Shown in pieces: positions 1 through 14,899 of a stretch of 64,000 nucleotides of DNA. This stretch comes from Octopus vulgaris (taxonomy: Eukaryota), in NCBI GenBank assembly GCA_951406725.2, contig OX597830.1, positions 74,834,001 to 74,898,000 of the forward strand, written 5' to 3'. A program made the translations under genes and the position numbers. A model generated the notes under the pieces. It did no database searches and was not told where the DNA came from. It was given only the letters and a program-made list of their open reading frames with translations. Numbering within the stretch: the first letter of the stretch is position 1; every line of letters starts with the position of its first letter.

Positions 1-199
1 GAAGTGGGCCCAGGAGGGATGCATGTGAACGTAATGATATGAGCCTGGTAATTCTAGAACAATGATCCTCGAACTTTGTTTGCTCCACGGACGGGTTGCC
101 TACAAGACAGTTTTTCCACGGAACGACGGGACACGCTCATAGCAAAACACGATAAAGGACATAATAGATAATATGATTATTATATATATAATCATATCT

Positions 200-329
200 A
201 CTATAAGCACAAGGCATGAAATTTGGGACAAGGGGATAGTCGTTTACGTTGCACCCAGTATTTAACTGGTATTTATTCTATTGACTCCAGCGGAATTTGA
301 ACTCAGTAATTAGAACGTAAAGACGGACG

Positions 330-333
<4 letters not shown>
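200..333 (-). mobile_element. Degenerate SINE fragment, family B
   Basis: Contains 'cggaatttgaactcag' and 'aagacggacgaaat', matching the minus-strand family-B copy at 27662-27900, plus a 'cacaaggcatgaaattt' tail. Confidence 0.6.
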
Positions 334-385
<52 letters not shown>

Positions 386-388
<3 letters not shown>

Positions 389-936
389 TACATATCAATT
401 AGAGGTTAGAAGACCATCTAAGGGATAATAAATATCCAATATACTACTGGACGGATTTATATCCAAAGGCTTACTGTTGCAAGGCAATAGTACAATTGAA
501 TGATAGCTACAAGTGGAGGTAAACAAATGTATGTCCGGAATTTATATAAGGCAAGGAAGAAAATGGAGCAGAGATTCAATTGACAAACATCAGTAATGTT
601 TATTTATTATAATCATAGGAATCAATAAATAAATTACATGTATTATATATGTTGGAACGTACATACCATGCACAGGAAACATTTTTTACCATTTCTATAC
701 TCAATTTTCCTTAAACAATAGTATCTTTATATATATATTATTTCTACTTTTATTCTCTTACTTCCCTCGATATTCCCTATCTCCTCCGTTTCCATAATAA
801 TTCGAATTCTGATATTTTCTCACACCGTCTCCGATGGAGGGATAGCCATAGAATCCCAGCAACAGCTGTAAGACTATTTCATTATAAATGTCCTGAAATC
901 TCCTCACAGCTTTGGATCTGTTATCTCATTCTCATA
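386..936 (+). mobile_element. (TA)n-embedded element with a decayed hammerhead motif (Penelope-like remnant)
   Basis: Complex sequence flanked on both sides by (TA)n. 827-874 reads gtct-CCGATGGA-gggat...atccc-AGCAAC-AGCTGT-A-agac, an HHR topology with a mutated core. Confidence 0.45.
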
Positions 937-1343
937 TTATATATATATATATATAATACATATAATAAAGATATAATACAAGAGCACCTTCTCTATATAT
1001 AAAATAGGATTGAAATTTAAGAATATTTTCTTTGTGTACACTTGATCCACGACGCGCTGTTCGGGCACGCCCTCGTCTAGAACATAGATATTTGTATAGG
1101 TATTAAATGCAGGTAAACGGTAGATTTGAAAACGATCTATTACAAAGGATAGAGGCGTTATGTCATCTGTCATTTGGAGTCATCGATATGAAACTCCAAG
1201 CACCGGACTATACCAAGAAAATGGGAATTCATGTGCCCCATACTTTACATTTGTATCGAGAACTCTTATGTTTAGTCGTGATTGCGCCTTTTCAGGCGAA
1301 GGGATGTGGAGGAACACGACGGTACACACACTCTTTTACCTAA

Positions 1344-1388
<45 letters not shown>

Positions 1389-1617
1389 TGTGAGAGAGTT
1401 TGTCTGTCTGTCTGTGCATCTTAGTGTGTAAGAAGAAACTGAAAATTGCTGTTTGAATCACATCCTATTAGTTACTATGACACATAATAGAGACAAATGT
1501 AAGTTCATTGAGTGATACAATATATACACATCTCTGAACCCCTCTTTGGTTCTTTCTTTCTCTCTCTCTCTATATATACATATATATACACATTTATATA
1601 TATGTGCATGCATATAT

Positions 1618-1674
<57 letters not shown>

Positions 1675-1699
1675 CATACATATACACACACACACACAT

Positions 1700-1733
<34 letters not shown>

Positions 1734-1905
1734 CTATAGAGAAACAGAAGGGAATACAAAGAGAGACAGACCGACAGGAACGCACAAACAGGGAAAGTAA
1801 CACTCTACATAGTTCATGCATCTGATGAGATGGTTATGTCCTGTGCGGCTACGAAATCTGAAGTCATGTGCAGATGAGTCAAGCAAGCTGTATATAATAT
1901 ATATT

Positions 1906-1956
<51 letters not shown>

Positions 1957-1963
1957 ATGTATG

Positions 1964-2050
<87 letters not shown>

Positions 2051-2659
2051 ATATATATATAAATGTATATACATATATATATATATATAAAGTTTACATA
2101 TGTATAATCATATGTATGTATGTGTGCGAGTGTGCTTGCTATATGAAAGTCTGTAGTGTATATGTTATGATACAAATACTTACACCCAAACGCATACATA
2201 TGTATGACAACCTTGGTAAGTATCCTTAGACAGCGTGCCAGAATGGCGTGAATGAAAGGCACAAGTGTTTGAATTAATAATGTATGCACTGGTATAGAAC
2301 GTAACATTATCGTCTTCTGCAACAGCTTGTCTCAAGAAATAGCATGTGTGTGCGAAAATTTGAACACAAGAAATATCAAACACTACCGCATTTCCTCGTA
2401 TGTATTTATACATATATGCACACACATGAGCACATGCAAGTGTGTACCCGCGTGTAGGTATGTGTATGTGTTTGTATGCGTGCGAGTGTGTGTATGGTTC
2501 ATAAATATATGCATGAAGGTGTATATATATATATATATATATATACATACATACACACACACATATATATATATATATGTATATATGTGTGCATTTATAT
2601 ATACACACTTAGATAGACACATACATACCTACATACATACATGCATGCATGCATAGAGA

Positions 2660-2697
<38 letters not shown>

Positions 2698-3089
2698 TAT
2701 ACAGACAGATAGAGAAAGATAGATAGATAGATAAATAAATAGATAGATAGATAGAGAGAGAGATAGATAGATAGATGTTAAGTATTCATCTCACTTTACC
2801 ACGTGCACAAGCATTGACATTCAAGGATCACTGCAACTATAACTGCAAGCACATCTAACTTGACCATTAATTGAAAGGAGTGCAAGTCGTTTACATCGAC
2901 CCTGTGGTGCGAATAATATCCACATAGTACGAAATATATCCTCATCCGAAAGGATATAATTCTTTCGGTTACGAATTACATCCACACCCGGAAGGACGAA
3001 AGGCAAAGCAGACTTCGTTGTTATTTGAACTCGCAGTGGGAAGAAGCAGAAGAAAGCAAGTCAAGCTTTGATAATAGTCTTTTTATACG

Positions 3090-3291
3090 ATAGCCACAAG
3101 ACCTGAAATATGGAGGTAAAGGATGAATTCGAATTCATCGAGTCCATTTTTCAACTAGCACTTATTATATCGAGTTTGAAAGGATGGAACACAAAGGCGA
3201 CTTCGGCGTCATTAGATTTCAGAACTTAAAGACCTACGAAAATCACGAAAAATTTTGTCTAGCATGCTAACTCCTGACGGCTCGCCGCCTT
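3090..3291 (-). mobile_element. Degenerate SINE, family B
   Basis: Ends in 'gcatgctaactcctgacggctcgccgcctt', like the head of the copy at 27662-27900; internal 'aaaggatggaacacaaaggcgacttcggcg'. Confidence 0.65.
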
Positions 3292-3338
3292 CAATAACAA
3301 TGCGAATTTTAATGATAATGATGATAATAATGATTATG

Positions 3339-3369
<31 letters not shown>

Positions 3370-3799
3370 TAATAATAATAATAATGATAATAATAATGTT
3401 GAGGATGGTGTTGGTGGTGATGGTGGTAGTGGTAGTCTCCATACTGGCTCCAGAACACACATTTGAGAGGAGGAATAATTGATTATGATTATAATTATTA
3501 TTACTATCATCATCACCATCATCATCACTACCATCAACATCGTTAGATCATATTTAATAAGCTTGATATGTAATAACCAAAGCGTTTTGTCATCGGCAAA
3601 GTTAACTCTCAGTCTTTGGAAACTAAATCTGAAGAATTAAAATTTAGAATCTGTTCTTCAAGAGTGAACAATAACCTTTACCATTTTTTTGGTTCGAAGC
3701 CAAACATTTAAAGAGTGGGAGAGAGATACGGTGGTATTGAACGTCTGGATTTCAGTACGCTACAGCTTTTCTGTTTTGTTGTTGTCACTGTAGTTGTAG

Positions 3800-4005
3800 C
3801 TATTATTTAACACCAGGTCAAACTTGATCAAACAGATCTATGATCAAAGGTGCTACAACCGTTACTAAGCTGTCTTTTCAGATTATAATTGACCTGATTC
3901 GACATTATCTAACGCGTTCATTCATTTGTTGTTCTAAAGAATAGAGACTGTTATTTCGGAAAGAATTTTGTTGTTATTTCTAGCAACTCGAAAGACCACA
4001 TAGAT
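3800..4005 (+). repeat. Old dispersed repeat, family D
   Basis: Motifs 'tttaacaccaggtca...tgatcaaagg' and 'ttatttctagcaactcgaaagaccacataga' recur degenerate at about 17310-17515 (-), 26490-26550, 30520-30690, 37625-37760 and 39245-39440. Confidence 0.55.
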
Positions 4006-4183
4006 CTTTTATCTTAGACTCAGATAAGTTTTCTGTTCCTGATCTGTGTGTGTTTGTGTGTTTCTGAGTTTCTGTACAAATATATATATATATGATCTGT
4101 ACAAAACCAGATGGTTTACTGTAATGTACAAATATATGCATATTTAACGACTGGTTACTAGTATTGCTAGAATTAAGCGTTAA

Positions 4184-4273
<90 letters not shown>

Positions 4274-4602
4274 GGAGAGAGAAAAAGATAGATAGATCGA
4301 TTGATATGCAGATGAAGAGATAGCTGTATAGTAATCAATTCCATAAAGGTGTATATAATGGAACATTTGTTATTATTGTTGTTGTTGTTATTGTTGTTGT
4401 TGCTGCTGCCGTCGCAGTCGTCGTTGTTGTTGTTGTTGTTGTCGTTGTTGTTAAGTAGTAGTTCTGAATCACACATCGATTAGTATAGGTTTATGTGATG
4501 TAAAATATACATAATCCTATCTGAATAGGTGATACAAGATTTCAAGCCGGGCGGAAGTGCGAACACATATATTCCATAACATGCACACTCGTACACACAC
4601 AT

Positions 4603-4638
<36 letters not shown>

Positions 4639-4706
4639 GTATACTTATATATACCTAATCATACAAATGCACATACAGAGACGTATTTAGTAATTTCCTT
4701 CTTATT

Positions 4707-4759
<53 letters not shown>

Positions 4760-4770
4760 TATTTAGTTTT

Positions 4771-4817
<47 letters not shown>

Positions 4818-6414
4818 GAGAGTGAGAGGAGAATGAGAGAGGTATTGATGAGTACATGGATATATGTGTGTATACATTTGTGTGTGTGTATACATGTGTG
4901 TGTGTGTGTGTGTGTGCTAAGATGTTGCTAAATCATAACCTGTTGATGAAAATATTTTGGAGTGATTTATTACATCATATTCTTATGATTTTCTTGTTTT
5001 TTTCTTCTTTGTTCTTTAAATTGCCAAAGATTTGTTATTGTTTGAATGCATTGGTTGTGTACAACATTGAAAAAAAAATTTAAAAACGAATAAAAAATCA
5101 AAAAAAAATCAACGCAAATAAACAAGAAATGCGTGTATCTCTATGTGTCATTCTTAAGAAAGCCATTATTGTTCCTTTTCATTTGCTGTGGATTCTACAA
5201 ATTTTAAGGCAAAAAAAAGGATTATGATATATTTAATACTTCTTTATTTTCGTGCGTATGTCTGTCATTGAAATTCTAAAGAAGATTCTTGTAATGTTTG
5301 CTTTGGATATAATGGATTGGCTGGTTGGCTGGTTCTATTTACATGAAGTAAATATTATTTCTTGTCATCGCATATTAAAGATAAAATATATTGGAATATT
5401 ATTACGTGTAAAGAAAGAAAATTTAATTTGTTTTATTTTTATTTTCTTCTCTTGGATCATACGATTCCTTGCTTGTTTGTTGCCATTTATGAGAAATAAA
5501 TATTATTTTCTTCCTATTACTACGAAGTCTACATATTTAAATCATGAAAGACATCTCAGTTGCGTCTATTCTTCCATCTTGTTATATATGTACCCAACAC
5601 CACTTTTTGTAATATACCCTGCTTTTTCAACAAGGTGTAATCAGAAAGCGATACCTGCTACTTCTAGCATACGCAGTGACTACACATAATCTCTGCCGTT
5701 GGTTTATCATCTGTAAATTTTAATACTGAAATTTTAACTTATTTAAGGTTTGGACTCGATCATATCGAAACCCTTACTAGAAAGAGAAAAAGCCCTCAAA
5801 ATACAGATCTTGTATGGGTTGTCACAGAAATGTTATTCGATTATATTTACGCCAAATATGTTGTCAGTATAATTTGAAACCAGGAATTTAGGGTTAATAT
5901 ATTATCAACCGCAGGTGAATGAGTGTTTAAACCGACCTCGGAGAGATTTAAACATGAAACTGAGGCAACAAAACTAAATATCGCAATATATTGTGTCGCT
6001 GCCGAACTAACTCCGCCGTACACCAATGACTGGCTAAGAATTAGATGAATAGCAAGAGAGTAGCATACGATGTCTTGCCATATCCGTTCCATCTCCTTAC
6101 TCTCTGAATTCAAAACATAATGAAGTCGGCTTTGGTTTTCGTTTCTTCGGGGTTGATGAATAACAACAGCATAGTACCGATTCGGCTCTTTATTCCCTCC
6201 ATTTCTTCATATCACTTTCTTTGGATTTCATCTATAAATCAAAGGGCCCTGCTGTGATCCATTTCAGCTAAAGAACAAAGTCCAAAATACACTACTCTAC
6301 AGCATACCCAGATTGTTATACGTTTTCCTATGTAGGAATTCAATTAGCCGAACAACTGAGCAAAAATCGCAGGTACTTACTGATAGTCTATGTCTCCTTC
6401 GTTTGATGTCTCTC

Positions 6415-6494
6415 CGGCAATCGACTAAACCATAGCCCGAAATTGCTGGTCTTGTGTCAAAATTTGAAACCATTATTATTATTATTATTATTAT

Positions 6495-6542
<48 letters not shown>

Positions 6543-6576
6543 CAGCAGCAGCAGCAGCAGTAGTAGTAGCAGTAGT

Positions 6577-6630
<54 letters not shown>

Positions 6631-6643
6631 CGCGGTAGCAGCA
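6415..6643 (+). repeat. SINE-B tail followed by compound microsatellite (ATT)n(AGT)n(AGC)n
   Basis: 'cccgaaattgctggtcttgtgtcaaaatttgaaacc' runs directly into (ATT)n, then (AGT/AGC)n. Confidence 0.8.
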
Positions 6644-6777
6644 GCGGCATTTCGTCCATCGTTACGTTCTGATTTCAAATTCTGCCAAGGTCGACTTTGC
6701 CTTTCATCCTTTCAGGATTGATTAAATAAGTACCAGTTCCACACTGGGGTCGATGTAATCGACTTAATCCCTTCTCC
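6644..6777 (+). mobile_element. SINE family B, truncated
   Basis: 'gttacgttctgatttcaaattctgccaaggtcgactttgcctttcatcc...ggggtcgatgtaatcgacttaatcc' is highly similar to 26589-26758 and 55055-55212. Confidence 0.85.
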
Positions 6778-7569
6778 ACAAAACCATTCTAATTTTATTA
6801 CTAATTTCTGTTTTCTAACATATGAAATAGGCCACAGATTATTACCATTTTCTCTTGAACAGTACAAAATTAATCACCCTCGAAACGACAAAATTTAAAA
6901 TTGCGCTCGGCGCTGTTCGAACTTGGGAGATAATACAACGTGGTTATATACCACAAAAAGCGTCGAACGTTATTCTACCTTTACTACCTTGCATTGCCCT
7001 CTTGTTATATATTAATAATATTTATCAAATGAATAGTGGAACTGTTTGCAATTATCCTTTGGAATACGGTCATAGATTTTAATCCCCCTAACGAATTTAT
7101 AGAATATATCAGCTTTAATCGAAGATATTACGTATAAATCGCTTAGTTAAACAAAGGGGTTTTGACAATATCATTAATTTTCCTCCTTGCAGTTGTCACC
7201 TACTCCTACAACGACTGCGGATATTAACAGATCAAGGTAGAATCATTAATGAGTTTGCAAGCTAAATACTTCAACATAGCTAACATAAATTGGAAATAAC
7301 TTTACTAAGAATGGTATATGATTCAGCAGGCGATTTCCAGTGAGAGACAGAAACAAAACGACGCTGGGATTGGAGTGATATGCAGAGAGAGCGAGACGAC
7401 ACTACACGCACGCGTGCACACACACACACACACATACACACACACACACACACGCACACACACACACACACACACATACACACACACACACATTCACGTA
7501 TATGAATATATATCTATATATTCATATATAAGTATATATATATATGTATACATACATATCTATCCATCA

Positions 7570-7635
<66 letters not shown>

Positions 7636-7679
7636 GCATCCCTGTGTGGATAATAAAGAAACACACATACAAACACATG

Positions 7680-7752
<73 letters not shown>

Positions 7753-8291
7753 ATGTTTATGTATGTGTATATATATATGTATATATATGTGTATATACAT
7801 GTATATAATATACACACATAAACTAACGTATACACACGCACACATGCACACAAACATGAAGATATATCTATACGAGGAGGGGAGAGAGAGAGAGAAAGTG
7901 AGAGTGAGAAATTACTTAATTAGCATAACGACAAACAAAATCCGCCATTTTAGCTTAACGTTGAAACGCCTATTTCGGCCCCAGGGAATAAGAAATCGGT
8001 GGGTATATACCGGGATAAACAAACACTTGAACACACATTGATGATATCAAAAGCTCCTCAATTACTATTGATCCTTACCGATTTCGTCAACAAATTCTAT
8101 TTATTTTGATTAATTGTCCTTCAACCGGTGAAGTATGCACTGTTGAACAAGAGGTAACTTCACGGTGATTCCAGTCAGGAAAGAAACAACGTTTGCCAAT
8201 TAAAGCCAATTTCCTCTCACTTAAGTTAACAATTCGCTTGAAAATTTGAAATTATACATACGTATGTATAAGTCTATAAATTTGCATGTAT

Positions 8292-8331
<40 letters not shown>

Positions 8332-8336
<5 letters not shown>

Positions 8337-8460
8337 TAAAAACGGTAAGATAACAAAAGAAAGAAAGATACCTCAATATTATGTAAATAGAGGAAATTTA
8401 TCTGTAAAATAATATGACAATTATTCAATAGCCAAGATAAAACTCTGAGTTTCGAATGCA
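8332..8460 (-). mobile_element. Truncated copy of the HHR-bearing element at 21351-21602
   Basis: 'aagaaagatacctcaatattatgtaaatagaggaaatttatctgt...agccaagataaaactctgagtttcg' matches 21351-21408 directly and 21485-21602 inverted. It abuts (TA)n and keeps only the GAAACTCAGAGTT half of the ribozyme. Confidence 0.75.
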
Positions 8461-8672
8461 TGGGCAGCTGCATCGAACTGTCTCATGCACTAAACGGCAA
8501 TTGCTGAAAAGCATTCGTGAAGTAAAATCATGTATCAACACCGAATGGCGATGCCCCAGCATGGCCATAGCTCGTGAGCTGAAACTAAATAAAATAAAAA
8601 AATAAAATAAATAACATATATATATATATATATACATGCATATTTATGTACATGTATACATGTATGTAAATG

Positions 8673-8739
<67 letters not shown>

Positions 8740-9405
8740 CTGCGCGCGCGCATGTCTGTGAATGTGTCTTTTCATGCCGCCGCATGACCTTAACAATTTT
8801 TTTCATTATGAATACCATTATCACAAAAAAAATACATCAAAGATTCATTAACCAAAGTGCGATCGTAGACATTATTTACCCTTTAAATTTTTCTCCATGA
8901 TCCATCTCTTCGTATTAAATTCCTATTAACCATGTAAAATTTGATTGCATGTAATGAAGAAAGTTTGAACAAATCTATAGGTTGTCCTATACATTCGGTA
9001 ACTTTTTTTTTTCCGATGCGCTCTATACTACTTAATCCTTACTATTGGTCACTTCATCCAATTCCAGGTGACATGGGAATAATATCTGGTGTTACCCTGG
9101 AATAATCGCTTCAACTTACCATACATATCTCCCATGGCTTATTGAAACTCCAAAATCTATAACAAAACCAAATAATACAAAACTCAATTAGACCATACGT
9201 CAATTTTATCGGTTTATATTCTATGTGTTTCATTTATTAGACTAAGGCCACGCAGGGGAACTGCCTTGACGAATTTTTAATCGAATATATGCATACACAG
9301 AGATGTATATATATAGGCACATATTTTTGTTGATGTACCTCAAGAGACCCAGAACGTGCTGTACCCAATAAAGTCTCCTATTCTATTTATACTATATATA
9401 TACAT

Positions 9406-9679
<274 letters not shown>

Positions 9680-9757
9680 ATAGGTGGGTAGGTAGATAGG
9701 TAGACAGAGAGATGGATAGATGGATAGATTGATAGATAGATACATAGATAGATAGAT

Positions 9758-9902
9758 ACGATGGGATTTTTCAGTTTCCGTCTACCACATCCCCCAAAAA
9801 ATTTTGGCCTGCGCAAGACATTTGGGTAAGGGGCCGTAGAGTGGAACCAAACTCGGAATCATGTGGTTCAGAAGCAATCATCTTACCACAAAGTCACACC
9901 TG
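9758..9902 (-). mobile_element. Degenerate tRNA-derived SINE head, family A
   Basis: 'ttcagtttccgtctacca...catgtggtt...cttaccacaaagtcacacctg' matches 52812-52974. Confidence 0.7.
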
Positions 9903-10287
9903 GTGACTATGTTATGTGTTTGTGTTTTTTTTTCTTTCCTATCAATATCTATTCATATATTCCCTGATTCTTTTATTCGTTTCAATCGTTCTGAAACAAT
10001 TAAAATGCTGGAGCACAGGGTTATTTATCCAAGTGCACTATTGTCGTCTGGTACCATTTCTTAATCGATTTCTTAATTTATATCCCATATTGCTAAATTC
10101 CAACTTTCACACAATGGGACCAATATCTACACTAGCAGACATAAACACAAACCGACACACACTCATATGTATGCATAAGTGTGAATATGTACATGACCAC
10201 ATATATATGTATAGAATATATGTGCCTATATCATTATATGTCATGATATGATATGATAGTTATGTACGTATATACGTATATTTAGCA

Positions 10288-10361
<74 letters not shown>

Positions 10362-11222
10362 TACCTTTGGGTTAATCTGAGCTCACCCTTTCTCTTTCTA
10401 TATAAATATATATATATATATGTGTATGTATATGCAGGTATACAGATATATGTTTGTATGTCTGTATGAATGCATATAGTTGCGTGTACGTACATACACA
10501 CACACATATACATATATATATATATATACCTTACATTATCATGTACATACGCTCTAGTCTGTCACACCAATATTCTTTTAGCCAGATACTCAACACACGA
10601 AAACTTATCGATTAGAAAGTTACCTCATAGGAAAACAGACGTTTCAAGAAACTTCAGAAACAACACCCCTCCCCTTTCCATTCTCCTCCCCCCTCCTCCT
10701 CCTTTTCCCTCTCTTTCTCATCATCGTCGTCGCTGTGGTCATCGTCATCTTCACATGAACCAAGAGAGGAAGAATAACAAGTGTAAGAAGCAGAAGATGA
10801 CGGCCAAATGTTCTTTAATTTTTATAGCCAAATGTTTTTAACTTGAGCCAATTTACACGATGTCCACTGGCAAATTTGGACGTAATTTTCTTCATCTTCT
10901 GAAAAATAAAGTTCAGTAGGAAATTGACGATTGAAGTGAATCGTCTTCTCAAATGTATTTTTGTTTTCCAATCAACGAAGTGGAACTAAACAGCAGCAAA
11001 ACTTCCTCAATCAAGAGAAGTTTGGCATTAAAGTTTTTTGGCATCTATCCGAGCACCCACCTTGTAGAAAGTAAGGTCCTTTTGCGATACTATAAAAATT
11101 AGAGGTATATTTTCTTTCTTTCTTATAGTCGATTGGGTCAGTTAGTCAACTTAAGCAGTGAATGGGTAAATGGTTACTTGAGAGAAGGAAAGAAATGATA
11201 CAGAGATTATGAGACTGTGAGA

Positions 11223-11290
<68 letters not shown>

Positions 11291-11502
11291 CCAGTGTGCG
11301 TATGTGTATATAGATATACATAGAGACACATACGTATATATGTGCATACATACAAATATATGTGTGCCTGTGCGTATATATCGACACAGACACATGTATG
11401 CGTGCATAGATATAAATATATATATATACATGCATATATTTCGATATTTACATACATATGCTTGGATGCATATGTATGTGCATGCATGTGTTTATTTATA
11501 AA

Positions 11503-11589
<87 letters not shown>

Positions 11590-11604
11590 ATATATATATA
11601 TATA

Positions 11605-11649
<45 letters not shown>

Positions 11650-11709
11650 TCATATATATATGGAGAGAGAGAAAGAGAAGGAGAGAGACAGACAGAGACA
11701 GAATGGGAA

Positions 11710-11741
<32 letters not shown>

Positions 11742-11929
11742 AGGCAGGATGAAATCGGATGTGAATAACAGAATAACGAATGATATTGATGGAGGAATTC
11801 ATGAAACAGTGAAGCAAGGGTAGAAAATAGAGAGAAATAGGAAAAATTAGAGCCGGCATGTCTACATTCTGTACAAATCCTGAAAGATTGTTGAACATCA
11901 GAGGAAATAAATGGCGTGGTAATAATGAT

Positions 11930-12107
11930 CTCAAATTTTGGCGCTAGGCCAGCAATTTTGGCGAAGGGGTAAGACGATTATAGCGGCCGCATTACTAAAC
12001 AGGTACTTATTTTATCGACCCCGAGAGGATGAACGGTAAAGTCGAACGCGGCAGAATTTGAACTCAGAACGTAGAGAACTAAGCATTTTGTTTGGGGTGT
12101 TAACGAT
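11930..12107 (-). mobile_element. SINE family B with tail type 2
   Basis: 'tcaaattttggcgctaggccagcaatttt...ggtacttattttatcgaccccgagaggatgaacggtaaagtcga...aatttgaactcagaacgta'. Confidence 0.8.
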
Positions 12108-12172
12108 CAGCCTCGGGCCGACCGAAGCTTTGTGATTGGATTTGGTTGACGGAAACCGAAAGAAGCCTGTCG

Positions 12173-12251
<79 letters not shown>

Positions 12252-12371
12252 ACAATTGAGGGTTATCTGAGAGAAATTTTCTTTAAGTAGTAGAAATGCT
12301 AAGAAAAATTTTTTTGGCTGCTATTTCTACTAAGTTCAGTATGTGGCAAAGTAATTTATTTTACTAAGCCC

Positions 12372-12431
<60 letters not shown>

Positions 12432-12593
12432 CGGTGTGGGAAGTTTTACACCCCGTAATATGTAATAATTACTAGGCTTAAAAGATAAGTCGTGGCCTTG
12501 ATTTGCTCCACTAAAACTCTTCAAGATGGTGCTCCATTATGACCACAGTCAAATGATTGAAACAAGTAACAGTATAAAAAAATATAAAGAAAG
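12108..12593 (+). mobile_element. SINE family A (body and tail), interrupted in its internal (TA)n by a ~128-bp insert (12250-12377)
   Basis: 'agcctcgggccgaccgaagctttgtg...gacggaaaccgaaagaagcc', then (TA)n, then tail 'ggtgctccattatgaccacagtcaaatgattgaaacaagtaa'. Confidence 0.75.
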
Positions 12594-12903
12594 GAGTATT
12601 TTTGTTTGGCCCCCCTCGAGCCAAGAGCCTGGCACATTGAAGGCCGGTTTCCCGGTTTCATTGGAGTATAGGAACCCACTTGGACGGGACGCCGGTCCGT
12701 CGCAGATGAGCTGCTGGATGCAGGAGGAAAGAATGAAAGTTGTGACGAAAGACTCAGCAGAAGTTCATCATTACCTTCTGCGGGAGTCAGGTAGAGTTTA
12801 GGTGAATCGCTCATAAACACAGACATTGCCGGGTCTGAGATTCGAACCCGGGATCTCTCGACCGCGAGTCTGCTGCTCTAACCACTAGGCCATGTGCTTC
12901 CAC
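12594..12903 (-). mobile_element. Full-length tRNA-derived SINE with V-domain-like segment and 8-bp TSD
   Basis: Minus strand: A box TGGCCTAGTGG, B box GGTTCGAATC, later 'ctgcgacggaccggcgtcccgtcca...gaaaccgggaaaccgg'. Flanking direct repeat aaagaaag at 12586-12593 and 12904-12911. Confidence 0.85.
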
Positions 12904-14129
12904 AAAGAAAGTAAAGCAGAAAAAAAATTAAAGACCAATTATACTAATTTCTAGTTTAAGATAGCAGGAGTAAAATAAGGGTGACTCTCGAACGTCTTTA
13001 ATTGTCAAGCCCTGAATGTGTGTAGATATATTAGGCTCCAGGACTAATAGAACGAAAGATGGATGAGGAATAGGATAAACAAGATAATAGAAATAAGCAT
13101 AGCGAGAATCACGACGTTCAGGTTTCGAGTTTATTACAGCACCTCGTGCAAGTGCCTACTACTTTAAACTTCGGTGTGTGTGTGTATGTGTGTGCGTGTT
13201 TGAATAGAATATATGTGTGTATGTGTGCATGTGAACTGGATATATCTGTGTATGTGTGTTTGTAGACATATGTACTGTCCCATTAAGTGAAAATGTAACT
13301 CAGTGTCTAATTGATAAATGATAACCTTTCATTGGGTTCGATACAATTAAGAGAACCATTTTGCGAGGCGGTGCTCCAGCATGGCCGCTGTCCAATGCTA
13401 AAGCCAATGAAAGCATGTTACTAACAGCGAAAGAACAAACGGGTGACGGTGACGAAAATGATGATGAAGATGATGAAAGTTATGACGATGATGATGATGA
13501 CGATGAGGATGCCGACGACAACGACAACAACAACAACAACAACAACAACGTCGACGACGACGGTGATGAAGATCGAAAAACAACAGCAATGGCATGACCA
13601 TCATCAGCTGTAAAAATTTTGGCGAACAATAAACGTGGAGTGGAAACATTTTTCCACCTTGCTGGATATATTTAAGCGAACGTTTGGTCCAGCTTGTACT
13701 TCACGCGTTTTCATGCCACTTCCGGCTAAACGCATGACTGTCTTGGCCAATTGTGTGATGATGTAAGAAACGAGGTCACGGGAATTATTTTAGTGGAAGA
13801 CTTATATTAACGATCAATGAGCAGAACTGGATGCATTCTGGGAAAGATGACTGTCGTGTTTTTGCCAGCAAACACAAGAGTTTAAGCATTTTAAGTTTAG
13901 AGCCCTTACCCTATCAGCGAATGAGAAGGAAGTGCAGGGTGGGGTGAGAGGAAAGGACAGTTGGCTATTTTGGAATGTGTGTGTATATGTACGTCTGTGT
14001 ATGTGTGTGTGTGTGTGTGTATGTTTGTGTATATGTGTATTTTTAATGTGTGTATTTGTGTGCAGTAAAATTTCGTGTCAAATTTAAATGCAGGGAAAAA
14101 TGGAGGTTTATTCTCCGTACTTATTCTTT

Positions 14130-14263
14130 TCTTTCCTCCTTTATTTTCATTTTATTATTTCCTTCACCCTCTGTTTCTTTCGTTCTTCTTTTCATTGATT
14201 GTTTCATTATTGGTTTCCTTCTTTTTTCTGCCTTCCTTTATTTTTTTACATATTTCCTATTTG

Positions 14264-14324
<61 letters not shown>

Positions 14325-14846
14325 TCTCTTTCTTTCTTTCTTTCTGTCTTTCTCTTACATACTTTCTTTCTTTCTTCGTCCGTTTTTCTTTCTTTTTTCT
14401 GCCTTCCTTTATTTTTTTATTTTTACATATTTCCCATCTGCTTTCTTTTTTCTTTCTTTCTTTCTTCGTCCTTTTTCTTTCTTTTTCCTTCCTATCACTC
14501 TTTCTGTGACATTATATTTGGTGTATCATTTTCCCTTTGTTTCCTCTCTTGGCACCCTCCATCTCCTCAAACAACAACAAAACCACCACCATTACCACCA
14601 CCACCACCACCACCGCCGCCGCCACAAACAACACCTGCACCATTCTCAGCATCAACACCAAGACCACCAACAAGAACGCCATTACAAACACCACATCGAT
14701 CAACACCACCGCCACTAGCAATGCCACCATCACCAACACCACCACCAACAAAAACACTACCACCACAACCATGTATATCTCCATTACCACTGCTATTACT
14801 AAAAATGCTTGTCACCATCATCACTACTACTACTACTAGTACAGCA

Positions 14847-14899
<53 letters not shown>

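Noticed and set aside
1817-1870. Hammerhead-like CTGATGA...GAAA...TC on the + strand
   Set aside because: Stems I and II rely on several G-U pairs, stem III does not pair, and there is no related copy; compatible with chance.
12826-12903. tRNA gene candidate
   Set aside because: It has A and B boxes but no proper acceptor stem, and it continues into a SINE body with a TSD.
13600-13800. Promoter-like words (CCACTTCCGG, GGCCAAT)
   Set aside because: Isolated short motifs with no adjacent gene or other promoter evidence.
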